DNA of 45,884 nucleotides from Octopus bimaculoides (taxonomy: Eukaryota), in assembly GCF_001194135.2 (NCBI RefSeq), contig NC_068989.1, positions 95,182,718-95,228,601 on the forward strand. The letters run 5' to 3'. A program made the translations under genes and the position numbers. The notes below the pieces were generated by a model. That model saw nothing but the letters and a program-made list of their open reading frames with translations, made no database searches and was not told where the DNA came from. Below are positions 11,005 through 23,413 of this stretch, in pieces (the stretch's first letter is position 1; each line of letters opens with the position of its first letter).

Positions 11005-11150
11005 GATACTTAACCAGTACTTGATTTATAAAGCACGAAAGGGTGAAAGATAAAGTCGACTTCGGCGGAATTTGAACTCAGAACGTAAAGAAATGCCTCT
11101 AAACATTTAGTTTGCTGTGCTATCAATTCTGCCAGCTCACCATCTTAATA
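11005..11150 (-). mobile_element. SINE family B, inverted relative to the 10645 copy
   Basis: AAAGTCGACTTCGGCGGAATTTGAACTCAGAACGTAAAG is the reverse complement of the family core. Confidence 0.75.
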
Positions 11151-12522
11151 TATTTAGTAATAATTTTTATTGTTTTTGTTTCACACTCAATTGTTTTACT
11201 TCATACATAAAGAGACCCGTGAAACGTTGTATTGTGAATGTTGTCCTTCAAGGCTTAGTCTCGTTTCCAAACGTTCAGTGCAAGCTGTATATCAATCTTT
11301 AGCCGTCGGTAGAGTCCTTTAACTTGCAATAACTAATTCTGTGAAAGAAGATTGTTTAACCAAGAGGTGTACATGAGATAGCATTTGCAGAAAGAAAGTG
11401 GATGAAGAACAAAACAAAATCAGATTGCTTTATTAAATTAATTTTTTAAAAAAGTACATCGTATCAGTCCCAACATCGTGGAAAGGTATTTGCTCCCAGG
11501 GAGCCAAGTCTATATTTGAAGTTTGTTGCAAGTTCAATTCTCAATAGGAACTATTTGATTTTCTTTATTTCCTGTACCAACAGTTTCCATTCAAAATCTA
11601 ATAAGCTCATTTCTGCACCGCGTTGAAACGAAGTCTTTGATGTTGAAGTAACAACTCTGAAAAGCATGAAGAGACGGTTTTAGTTAATTAAAATAGATCT
11701 AATTAGAAATATTCTAAATCTATTGTTTTCTTTGATATTCAGTTTTCTTCTCTTTTTTTTTTACATTTTAATTCAGTAATGTTCAGGAAAAGAGCGTAGG
11801 CTAATGAAATTATTCTTTTGATCATTTGTTTCAATATTAGTTTTCTTCCTCGTTAAATACGAAGACAATATATCTTAGAAAACAGGAAATGAGAGTTTCT
11901 GGCATACATGCTTTTCCGGATGAATTTTGTGGCGTAGTTGGATTGAAACGGCTTCAACCAGGGATCGAAACCACAATCTAATATCAGTCTTATTGTGACT
12001 TTATCTTTCACCCCAACGTGCCTTCCTCAATATACTTCCGCGCGCGCAAAACATTGTTCACCATTTTATGGAGTTTCGCCTTGTTTCTTAACCTGTTATA
12101 CGTCGGTTGTCAACAGCAACCATGTATGACGTCACAACAGCATGCATTATGCTTTTCACTCTTGTGTTAGGTACCCAGGTTGTTGTTGTGCTCAGACACC
12201 CGCTTTTTCGGCTCCCCTACTCACGCAGCGAATCTTCAAAGACGCTACACCTGGTCGTGGGAGAGCATATGGCTCGTTCTGCGGTACTTGACGTGTACCT
12301 TATTTTATGGACTCCAGAAGAATGAAAGGCAAAACCTAAAGTGGGAATTGTCAAGATTGAACACTGAGCCAACAGAACCGGAACATACCGGCATTTTCTT
12401 GGATAATTCAATGAATCTGCTAATTACTCTATGACCGCAATCAGTGATGTTCACTCCTAGATTTTACTTCATATTCTTTCGGGAATATAACACTTTTCAA
12501 AATCTTATATCCTTGACTAGCA

Positions 12523-12576
<54 letters not shown>

Positions 12577-14489
12577 GTTCACACACACCACATTTACACT
12601 ATATACATATACACCCCACACAACCTTTTATATACATACATGTATATGAAGATTAAAACTCATTGAAAAACGTGCAAGTTAGTTTAAGAAGAAGCATAAA
12701 TGATCGTTAAAATAAAATATAAATAACTTGTATGTTGTTAAGGAAGGCGTCTTAGTCACAGCTCCCATATGAAATAAGCGGTTTTGACGAAGATGAATGT
12801 TCGACATGGTGGTTAAATGATTAAAGTCTGAGATCGGAGTGAGAAATACTAAAACAAACTTTTGTTTCTGATGATAAAAACCGAGATAAAATGAAGGGTG
12901 CACGGAAAAGCGGTAGAATGGAGTAGAAAAAATATTGGAAGTAAAAAGATAAATGGATTAGATAAATGGCTGTGAAGAAAAGAAAATGAAGAAACGTGAT
13001 AAAATAAAATGGAGAAATGACAAAAGTGTAAAGGAAAAAGAAAATAATGAAATGTAATAAAATAGAAAAATTAACGAGGTATAGAATGAATAAAATATGG
13101 TGGGCTGAGAAACGGATAAAAACGAAAGAAAAACAATTTGCTCGGGGAAAAGGAAGAACTAAAACAACAAGAACAAAACGAAAAAAAGATCAAAAACAAA
13201 AACAAATTTTAAAAAACAAACAAAACTATAAAAGATTAAGAGATGTATGGCCTTCAGAATGTTATTTGTTACCTTTTGACCAATAAAAAGAGTCTGAATG
13301 GCTCCTAACGAAATTTCCTTAAATCTTTTAAGAGTACGAACGTGTCTGTATGATAGGAGGGTATATCGTTTTCTCAATAGCATTCACGTTAAAAGTATTA
13401 GACAGAAAAAAGTCGCGGCCAAACGGAACGTGCAAAATAATCTACACAATTTCAACATTTTACGTGCAGAAAATTGTAGATCTCTTCCCCCCACCCCTCG
13501 CTCTAATCGGATTTACAGAGCAACAAGTAAGCCTATATTAAACATAAAATCAGAAAAATATTCAAATCTACTTAGTGACGTTTGAAACAGTTGAAATGAC
13601 AGCGGGCGGATATAGCAGAGAGTAAATCATTTCTCTGCACTGACTTTCGATCAATGGAGAGTAGTGTCCTATAGTCATTTATCAATGTAAACAGTCAGAA
13701 ATTTCGATCGGGCTTGCATTTCGCAATAAATCGATTAAACTCTATATATTGCCGGCACAATGTGTTAAAACTTTTGTCTCATTAGTTAGTGTTCTCTGCC
13801 AACTTCATGACTGTTCAACCAATTTAAGCAAATCTCCATTCCACTATTTAGTGGTCCCTACTGAAGAGCTCTGATTATATTGTACTCGATATTAGCAGCT
13901 AAGTTCGTAAAATTTATTTCTCAATCTATTGTCCATTCCAGTAAATCTTGGAAGAGTTCATATTGTCAATAATTCTTACTTTACGCTCAATAACTTTACT
14001 CTGTTACCTATCCTCTATTTTATACGGTCAATAATCTTCGCTTACATTCTTATTCACATATCTTGCGGTTATTATCTTCATATTGTATTTTATTATCTTC
14101 CTCGGGAGTAACCAAACTCGATTCTATCGCTTAGTTTCTCATCTTGCCAAACTTTATTTCCATTTTCTACACTTTGTTACGCAGTGACATCCAACGACGA
14201 TATATAATGTTAAGCAACTAATAACATGCATCTTTAATATAATATAGTAGACCGTTATTTTCATCTTATTTCCAATGGTGGCACACAAGAGTAATACATT
14301 TCCATCAGCCTCAACCCACGTAATTTTACTTTTATAACTTTTGAAGTTTGATGACCAGCGCTCATACTTTGCGTGAACTTTGTGTGATGCTTTACAGTTT
14401 TAGAGACGAACAGGTATTTAGCTTTTATTTATAGGAATTCTTGGTTAGAATACAAATTTAACGCGCTAACGATTGCTACCGCTGACTTT

Positions 14490-15200
<711 letters not shown>

Positions 15201-15322
15201 TCACACTTCTCCTTCTCAGCATCAATGACCGAACAGCTGTCATCTCCAACAACCTGCACTCCATGTAAACAATACAATTGTTTCCTTTCCAATTTGTCTG
15301 CAACCAAATATTATCAACGTGC

Positions 15323-15708
15323 AGGTGCAGGCGTGACTGTGTGGTCAGAAGATTGCTTCCCAGCCACATAGTTCTGGGTTCAGTCCCACAGCATGGCGCC
15401 TGGAGCAAGTGTCCTCTATCATAACCTTGAGAGTGGATTTGGTAGACAGAAACTTACCGAAACCCATCTTTATATGTATACATGTATATATGTGTGTGTG
15501 TCTTTGTATCTCTGTCCTCCACCACTGTTTGACAACCGGTGATGTTGTGTTTACTTCCCCATAACTTAGTGAGTCGGCAAAAAGACCGATAGAATAAGTA
15601 CCAGGCTTTATGAAAAAATAAGTACCGGGGCCGATTCGAGTATAAATTCTTCATGATGATGCCCCAGCATGGCCACAGTCTAATGACTGGAACAAAATGA
15701 TAAAAAAA
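15323..15708 (+). mobile_element. SINE family A inserted into the CR1-like LINE
   Basis: Full head-to-tail SINE (GGTGCAGGCGTGACTGTGTGG...GGGTTCAGTCCC...GCATGGCCACAG...AAAAAAAG) lying between two colinear LINE pieces. Confidence 0.85.
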
Positions 15709-15719
15709 GTTTTCTAAAA

Positions 15720-16445
15720 ATATAACCCAGTCACCGCACCGATTCCATGAACAGACATCATAAAATTACTCTTTAAATCATGTCTTGCCAATCTTGTCTA
15801 CTTCAATAGAACATATTAATCGCACACCATTCTTTTAATCGTGAACAACAACAATAAACTAAACATCTCAAGTTCGTTACAAAGGTTGGACCTCACCATC
15901 AAAATAATCGTTCCTGGCGATCTCATTTCTCCAACAGAGTAAAACCTGAACCACAAGGACTGAGCGCCTTCGAAGCCAAAACATACTTTATCCCGCCCTC
16001 TCACATAACAATTATTGGCCCTTTACAAAACTCAAGTGAAATCCTCAGTTGAGCTCAGCTTTTACATCTAGAACGGTGATAACTCTATTTTGAAGCATCC
16101 TATCTTATACCCATAAGTCACACACACCAATATCTGATTAACAAGGAGGGAATCGACGATAATCTCTGACCCACAGAACAGTTGTCTCCGCATTCTGCCC
16201 TTACTATAGAAACAACCGAATATTTTGCTCTTCGGAACTGGCTGGTCTCACGCCACTCCTCTACTCGAGTATTCTCGATTCGCTCATCTCTTTTCATCAA
16301 CCATATTGTCCAGTCCTTCTTCCCCGGAAAGTTGGTTCTCTGGAATTCCTTCTCATGTCCTTTTTCTGCAATTGCGACTTTGTAACTGTTCAGGAGGCAC
16401 ATTGCGCACATCGATCTCACTCATCATTGGCACAATGCCTCCTTA
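15720..16445 (+). mobile_element. CR1/Jockey-group LINE remnant, 3' part
   Basis: LLALYKTQVKSSVE (consensus LL.LYKAQIRP.LEY) and SFFPGKLVLWNSF (consensus SFFPRT..LWNSLP). Confidence 0.65.
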
Positions 16446-17094
16446 GTGTATGCGTGCTGTACCTATATGTCTGTGTGTGGACATAGATATGTGTGTCAAT
16501 GTAAGTGTGTATATGTGTGTGAGTATGTGTATGCGAGTGTATGTGTGAGTGAGTGTGTCTTTATTTACATGTATGCATATATGAATATATTTTGTCGCAT
16601 CCGATTTAGTTTGTGCAGGTTTACTCATCGTTATGACCAACTAGATTAATGACAAATGAGTGAGGATGGCCACAGCTAGAATATCATTCATCACAAGTCT
16701 GCTCAGTCAAGCTTGACAAGCAGAAGCTGGAGCACAGCCAATATGTGCTCTTTATAAACTTTTATTTTGTTTTATAAAATAAGACTAAATCCCTCCCCTA
16801 AATCCTTTAAAGGGTTGTTTCGTCACTGCCGAAGATATTATCCCTATACAAGGATTCATGGAAAAGATTGGTGTCCATTGCTGAGGACAGAAGGCACCGC
16901 GAGAAAATTAAGCATAAAGGCTCAACCCAGTGTTGAATACGTTTCGCAAAGGAAGGTTGTGCTCAGAGTAACTCAAGTTCTTACAGATGTGCCTTTGAAA
17001 AGGCTTGAAAACTGTTTTCATATAAGATTCTTATTATTTTTAATAATGCTGAATTTTTAAATATTTAGTAATTAATATTGTAGATCTGACGTCA

Positions 17095-17520
17095 CAGCAT
17101 GGGAGAAAAGAAGGAAAAAAGAAAAGATCGTTCGCTTTCAATTTTCAAAACAAACCCAGGCGGACACCGATCTTGAAAGCGTAACTCATTGATTTTTTCC
17201 GAATATTAGCGATTTATGTGTCAGCTGGGAGGTTGTCAGAAAAGTTATCAAAGCGCTTGTGTTGGCCAGGCGTTCACAGCAACGTAGCGCTTTCATCCTT
17301 CAATGCCAGTTCTTTTTTATAACGACAAAGCAGAATTCACAGAGCGTTGAATTATTCACTGCCTAGCAAGGACCGACAGCTGGTTTCAGACCGTTGTGAG
17401 ATAGCTTACTTTTGTCCAACAGATATACTGCCTGGGTTACATTACAGATTGGTCGTTGAGAAAACAGAAGAACGAGGAAGTGTTGTTATTGCACTGAAGT
17501 AGTAGAAATCTACCGAAATG
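17095..17520 (+). pseudogene. Degenerate 28S rRNA-derived fragment (3' portion, domain V into VI)
   Basis: Colinear blocks match recalled eukaryotic 28S: GGTTGTCAGAAAAGTTATCA, GGCCAGGCGTTCACAGCAACGT, ATCCTTCAATG, AAGCAGAATTCAC, GCGTTGAATTATTCAC, AGCTGGTTTCAGACCGTTGTGAGATAG. The conserved GGGATAACTG block is missing. Confidence 0.8.
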
Positions 17521-17904
17521 TCAGTGTTTTCAGGTTAAAATGTTCATAAAGTTAAATCATTCGGGACGAATGAGTTTTAGAGAGATTACTTGTAACATCC
17601 AGTTAAGCCTTTGAACGGAAATAATCATGGGTTGACTGAAGAACAGATATAACTTAATGCATTTCGTAATAGACATTACTTTCGATGTGTATCTCTTTGT
17701 GTCCGTGATTGCATGTGAGCGCATGCTTGTGTGTTTGTGCAAAAGGAAAGAGAAAGAGTGTGACGGAACGTATGTGTAGATAACAAAGAGTTGTAAAGGA
17801 GAAAAGTTTCCCTGGAACTTACTTTCGGTTACAAAATTGTAAATCCACATAATTAAACAAAATCTCTTTTTTCTTTCTCATCCTTTATTTTCTGCTCCTG
17901 AAAG

Positions 17905-18092
17905 GAATAACAAGTTTATAACAATAGGCCTCTGTACCAAGACGAGAGGGCTAAGTGATTATTTTCAATTTTCTACGAGATTGCGTTTAGTGCTGCTTGC
18001 TAATCATGATCAACTCTGGTGAAAGAAAATTGCGAACAGTTCTTGGTGCAAAATCTAGAGAGTGATATTTAACAAGACGCTGCTGCAAACAG
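17905..18092 (+). other. Candidate non-coding (UTR-like) exon
   Basis: Pyrimidine-rich stretch ending GAAAG|G at 17904/17905 and donor AACAG|GTAAAC at 18092/18093; stops in all three frames. Splice signals only. Confidence 0.2.
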
Positions 18093-18527
18093 GTAAACAC
18101 TAAGGTTTATTTAGTTTTTCTTTGTCGATGTAGTTTTATGTAGACTTTTTTATTATTATTATTTACTCAGGTTGTGTTTATGTAGTTTTATTTTCGTTAG
18201 CTAACAAACATAATCATGTTATATTACGTGTATTTCAAGCAACGATAACGACCGCATAAACAAGCCACCGGCCATTACTCGATCACCTTCTTTCTTTAAC
18301 AAGAGTCATGGTGAGCTTTGACTCGATAGAGTCTCCATGCAGAATATACCCAGTTGAAAGCAGATACCAAGCAGAGGCTGTTCTTTTTTTTTTAACTTAA
18401 CACACATATGATGTCTTCTTTTACCTTTGTATCTCCTCCGCTACTACTACTACAATGACTTTTGCCCTATCGAACCATCTCATTCACTGCCTCATCTGAT
18501 TACATATCGCACTAACTAAGCTTAAAG

Positions 18528-18670
18528 CGTCCAATTGGCTGAGTTGTTAGAGTATCGGCTAGATTGCTTTGCGGTAATCGTTCCGGAACTCTGAGTTGTG
18601 AGTTCAAATCCGACCGAGATCAACTTTACCTTTCACCTCTTTCAGGGTCGATTATTAAAGTACAACTGAA
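18528..18670 (+). mobile_element. SINE family B (decayed)
   Basis: GAGTTCAAATCCGACCGAGATCAACTTTACCTTTCACC core. Confidence 0.6.
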
Positions 18671-19124
18671 ATTTTAGTCGAATCTTTTCTTTCTGTCTGT
18701 TTCTCGTTCTTGAAGAAATTCGCTGTGTCCACACCTGAGGAGGGACAGGCTCCGTCAAATCAACAAAAGACACGCCGGGTGTCACGCTGTACTCTTACGA
18801 TTTCATCAGAGTTGAAGGTGCAAATTAGTGCAATTAAATATGCGTTGAAGCCTCTGTAAGGTTGCTCACCTTGCTGGGAATAGCATTCAACTCTCTCTTA
18901 AATTAAGCCCTACACACTTGAAAAGAGGAATGAAACATTGAACAGTTTGTCACGTTGTAGCCCTAAAAGGCGGGATGGCCACAACTGGAATACCGATGAT
19001 CGTAATTTATGCTTAATTAGTTTGACCTTCGACTAAACAATAACATGATACATAAGCAATCAAAGAAAGAACGTCAATCTTACTCAACCACTAATAAACC
19101 ACTAATCACCCCCAACCATCTTTG

Positions 19125-19350
19125 AAAACGGGGAACGAAGTTCTTCATACATTATTCTGCTCTAGGTACAAGGCCCGAAATTTTGGGAGAAGGGGTCAGT
19201 CGATTAAATCGACCCCAGTACGCAACTGGTACTTACTTTATCGACCCCGAAAGGATGAAAGGCAAAGTCAACTTCGGCAGAATTTGAACTCAGAACGTAA
19301 AAAGACAGACGAAATACCGCTAAGCATTGTCTGCCAGCTCGCTGCTTTAT
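19125..19350 (-). mobile_element. SINE family B
   Basis: AAAGGATGAAAGGCAAAGTCAACTTCGGCAGAATTTGAACTCAGAACG...CTGCCAGCTCGC is the reverse complement of the head and core. Confidence 0.85.
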
Positions 19351-20000
19351 TAGTCATTCATTATTATTAAAAAGGCGGAGTGGTTATGGTTGGAAAGCCT
19401 TCAATATATCTATACACTTCATTAGAGAATTGTACAACAACACAACATCAATGAGCAACCATTTTTTTCTTCTTCACTCTCTTCCCGAAGCTAGCGCATA
19501 TTAAATTCAAGTTTCAAGTAAATTCTTTGCTGCCTATCAATACGCCAAACGACGAGTAATCATTTGTTTTTCAGGGATCTTTTTTATTGTTATTGTTGTT
19601 TCTTTACTCATAGGATCTCTTCAAAGGAAAGCAATGGTCTTCTTGCGTGCAAAAATTATCTGAATTTTTGGTTGGTGATTGCGATGTGTTTTTTGCAACG
19701 ATAATTATTTTGGATGCATCGTTTAGTTATTTAGAGGTAGAGTTTTACGATGTCAAATTATGTGTACGCTTATAAGTGCTTGTCAGTGTTGAAAGTGAAG
19801 TATGTTACGACGAATATAATGTTGTTCCAAATCGATAGATTTTATGCTTATGGTTCTTTTCTGTGCCCTTATCTTAATGCTGTTGAAAAACTTGTGACTG
19901 AGGTTTGTGACATTTCAGTGCTACGTTAAGTGTACCAAGTGCAACGCGTTTATTACTGTTGTTTGTGTCTAATGCTGTGGTTAGTGATTTTCAATTTTAG

Positions 20001-20084
20001 ACTCACTGAGTGGAAGCTTTTGTCTGTGTTTATGTCGTGTGTATATGCAAGAAGTTTCATATTTGCAGATATGCGTTTGCACAG
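20001..20084 (+). other. Candidate 84-nt internal exon
   Basis: Acceptor TTTTCAATTTTAG| at 20000/20001 and donor CACAG|GTAAAT at 20084/20085; length divisible by 3; two open frames (LTEWKLLSVFMSCVYARSFIFADMRLH and SLSGSFCLCLCRVYMQEVSYLQICVCT). No homology recognised. Confidence 0.35.
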
Positions 20085-20227
20085 GTAAATCTCATTAATC
20101 TCATTAAATGTATGTAATTTCTAAAAGATGCATTTTTAATGAAAAATTTTGTACTATATACACGTACACACAGACACAAATATATACGCACATACATTCA
20201 CACGTATATATATATATATATATATAT

Positions 20228-20450
20228 TCTTTTATTCTTTTATTTGTTTCAGTCATTTGACTGCAGCTATGCTGGAGCATCACCTTTAGTCGTACAAGTC
20301 GACCCCAGGACTTATTCTTTGTAAACCGAGTACTTAATCTATCGTTCTCTTTGGCCGAACCGCTAAATTACTGGGACGTAAACGCACCAACACCGATTGT
20401 CAAGCGATGGTGCGGTGGACAAACACAAACATACAAACATACACACACAT

Positions 20451-20470
<20 letters not shown>
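20228..20470 (-). mobile_element. SINE family A, 3' half; the rest is lost in the gap at 20508-20923
   Basis: Reverse complement of the family A tail and core (TTGTTTCAGTCATTTGACTGCAGCTATGCTGGAGCATCACCTTTAGTCG...TTGTCAAGCGATGG). Confidence 0.8.
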
Positions 20471-20507
<37 letters not shown>

Positions 20508-22101
20508 NNNNNNNNNNNNNNNNNNNNNNNNNNNNNNNNNNNNNNNNNNNNNNNNNNNNNNNNNNNNNNNNNNNNNNNNNNNNNNNNNNNNNNNNNNNNN
20601 NNNNNNNNNNNNNNNNNNNNNNNNNNNNNNNNNNNNNNNNNNNNNNNNNNNNNNNNNNNNNNNNNNNNNNNNNNNNNNNNNNNNNNNNNNNNNNNNNNNN
20701 NNNNNNNNNNNNNNNNNNNNNNNNNNNNNNNNNNNNNNNNNNNNNNNNNNNNNNNNNNNNNNNNNNNNNNNNNNNNNNNNNNNNNNNNNNNNNNNNNNNN
20801 NNNNNNNNNNNNNNNNNNNNNNNNNNNNNNNNNNNNNNNNNNNNNNNNNNNNNNNNNNNNNNNNNNNNNNNNNNNNNNNNNNNNNNNNNNNNNNNNNNNN
20901 NNNNNNNNNNNNNNNNNNNNNNNAATAAGCTTCCCTTTTGCCATCCGATACTTCTTTATGTTTGTTTCTGTTCTCTCGTTCTTCTTTTCCTTCTTTCTCT
21001 CCCTAATTCAGTCAGTTAGTATATTTATAAATCTACTCCCGTGTTTATTTTCAACCAAATCCTAATAGTGTCGCACCTACAACATACAACATCACATAAA
21101 CATCCACATACCTATTGGTCACTGATTCACCGCATAAAAATCAGTCCTACTCACGTAAAAATAACAAGAAAAGCATTTATAACTGTTTAACTTATCCACA
21201 AAACGTGATATTTAAGAAACGCGACCCCTCTCTCTCTCTCTCTCTCACACACACACCCTGCAAACCAAAACAGTTTTAGATTCAGTACAGACATTGTTAG
21301 AAATCCTTTTAGCAACCGAAAGTCAACTATTTTTTAATGTACTAAGAGATGAATTTCTTTATTGCGGATGGGGAGCGCTAAGCTGTTATAAGTAAAATTG
21401 CTATGTGTACGTTCCAAATGGGGGAACAGGCTACTCACTACGTTTTGTTACAGAATGCTAACAGCTCACAGTCGAGCTAGGTGGCGATGCCAGCTGATCT
21501 AGAGGTGTATACACACCATTTGTCAACAAGCCAGATATATTCACCGTGACGCAGTGAGCAGCTTCTTCCCCAGTTCGAACCTGCATCAAGCATATTCAGA
21601 TTGATAATAACATTGCAAATTTGTTTATATATTTATTCATTTATTCCAGTTAAAGAAACATATTAGCTTAGATTCCACACTTTTATCACCCCTACACATT
21701 CCGAAAAGAGCCGAAATTCGAACCAGTCCCAACTGAAGAGGCAGTGAAAATAGCCGAAATTGACGTCAGAATTGGGAATTCTCAATCGGCAATTTTTGGA
21801 CGATTAAGGACCCTGTTAGCGTATGTGTTTACATTTATGTGCGGTGTCTACATCATCGGATCATTTTAGCTCTTATTGTCAGTGATTCTAACACCCTAGT
21901 CACATTTAATGGCAATTNNNNNNNNNNNNNNNNNNNNNNNNNNNNNNNNNNNNNNNNNNNNNNNNNNNNNNNNNNNNNNNNNNNNNNNNNNNNNNNNNNN
22001 NNNNNNNNNNNNNNNNNNNNAATTAGTAATAAAATTAATAATTAACAATTTTGCCAAGTAGTTCAATATGAAAAAAACCTTTATCGGTAAAACCATTTAT
22101 A

Positions 22102-22613
22102 ATCATAAATATATAGGGCTTAGCATGAGATGCTTCACCAACATACTGAAAATTTAGAAATAGCAGTCAAAGAACTACTGATTCCAAACTACAAATTTTT
22201 TCTCTAACGGATGGCGATATTTATGGCACACACAGAACAAAAACAGAAGAGAAAAGCAAAAACAAAGCTGCCTTTAGTTAACCATGTACGACGTTTCACG
22301 GTTAAGAGTATAAAGCTACCCTACTCCGATCATCAGCATGGTGTTCGATAAATTTGAAAGTGCCTATATACTCATGGGGATTTGACCATGCGACAGCAAA
22401 AACACATGAGCAAGGCATTCACAAAATTTTTCGGCTAGTAAGTTCAAACACTTCACCCCAAGAATCTATTCCATGTGCGCCACAAATATCGCCAAATATC
22501 GCCATCCGTTTGAAAAAAATGGGTAGTTTGGAATCAGTAGTTCTTTGACTGCTATTTCTAAATTTTCAGTATGTTGGAGAAGCATCTCATGCTAAGCCCT
22601 ATATATTTATGAT
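22102..22613. mobile_element. Long-TIR MITE (~130-bp TIRs, 512 bp), superfamily unassigned
   Basis: 22102-~22230 is the reverse complement of ~22474-22613 with few mismatches. TA on both flanks (22100-22101, 22614-22615). The right TIR carries a 10-bp duplication (AAATATCGCC x2). Second copy at 3529. Confidence 0.9.
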
Positions 22614-22651
<38 letters not shown>

Positions 22652-22665
22652 CATACATTATTTAA

Positions 22666-22945
22666 TGTACACAGTATATCGTTATGAGCTACTAATAGTT
22701 TCATACACTGAAGGAATCATCTACGCAGATATTAAAACATCTCTAGTGTCTCCAAGTAATCCTGAGGCTCTGGGCACATGGCCTATTCAAATTACGAATC
22801 AGGTCACGTGCCCGGATCCGTGTGCCCGGATCCATGTGCCCGGATCCAAGATTACTTGGAGACACCTGGTGCATCTTAAAACCTGCCTAGATGATTTCTT
22901 TAGTGTATGAAACTATTTGTAGCTCATAATTATATATTGTGTACA
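22666..22945. mobile_element. 280-bp foldback MITE with TGT...ACA ends and TTAA flanks (Ginger-like by termini)
   Basis: 96-bp TIRs (22666-22761 / 22850-22945), TTAA at 22662-22665 and 22946-22949, and three tandem GTGCCCGGATCC units (~22808-22847) with one decayed inverted copy on the left. Confidence 0.85.
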
Positions 22946-23212
22946 TTAAACAATATATTCCACCAGCTGGAGTACTTTTTTTCTTGATCTTACATAAACG
23001 GAAAAGTAAACTACACACAATCACACACACACAAATATTTAACCTCGCTGCTTATACCTGAGAACTCTTGGTTCAACCCCGGAACCCTTCCAGCAGAACG
23101 AAGCAAGGAACTACACGACATTTTGTAACTAAAATGTTACAGTAAAAAACAGCATGTTTTATACATAGGTGTGTGTGTGCATGTGTGTGTGCATGTGTGT
23201 GAGCGTGCGTCA

Positions 23213-23213
23213 G

Positions 23214-23272
<59 letters not shown>

Positions 23273-23353
23273 GTAAGTAGGTAGGCAGGCAGGCAGACAG
23301 GCAGGCAGGCAGGCAGACAGACAGACAGACAGGTAGGTAGGTAGGTAGGTAGG

Positions 23354-23412
<59 letters not shown>
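23213..23412. repeat. Compound tetranucleotide microsatellite (AGAT/AGGT/AGGC/AGAC)
   Basis: Direct reading of the sequence. Confidence 0.95.

Positions 23413-23413
<1 letters not shown>

Noticed and set aside
12107-12434. Overlapping short ORFs after a TGTTAG acceptor-like site
   Set aside because: No recognisable domain or clear donor; the 3' half resembles a decayed antisense SINE-B core.
16767-17060. 97-aa ORF just upstream of the 28S-like fragment
   Set aside because: No recognisable homology or splice support, and not alignable to upstream 28S sequence by eye.
21400-21810. Possible RTE remnant (EIDVRIG...AIFGRL)
   Set aside because: Only one short motif is recognisable; not enough to define a feature.
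22808-22847. Short direct repeats reminiscent of a CRISPR or iteron array
   Set aside because: Tandem without unique spacers, inside MITE TIRs, in eukaryotic DNA.
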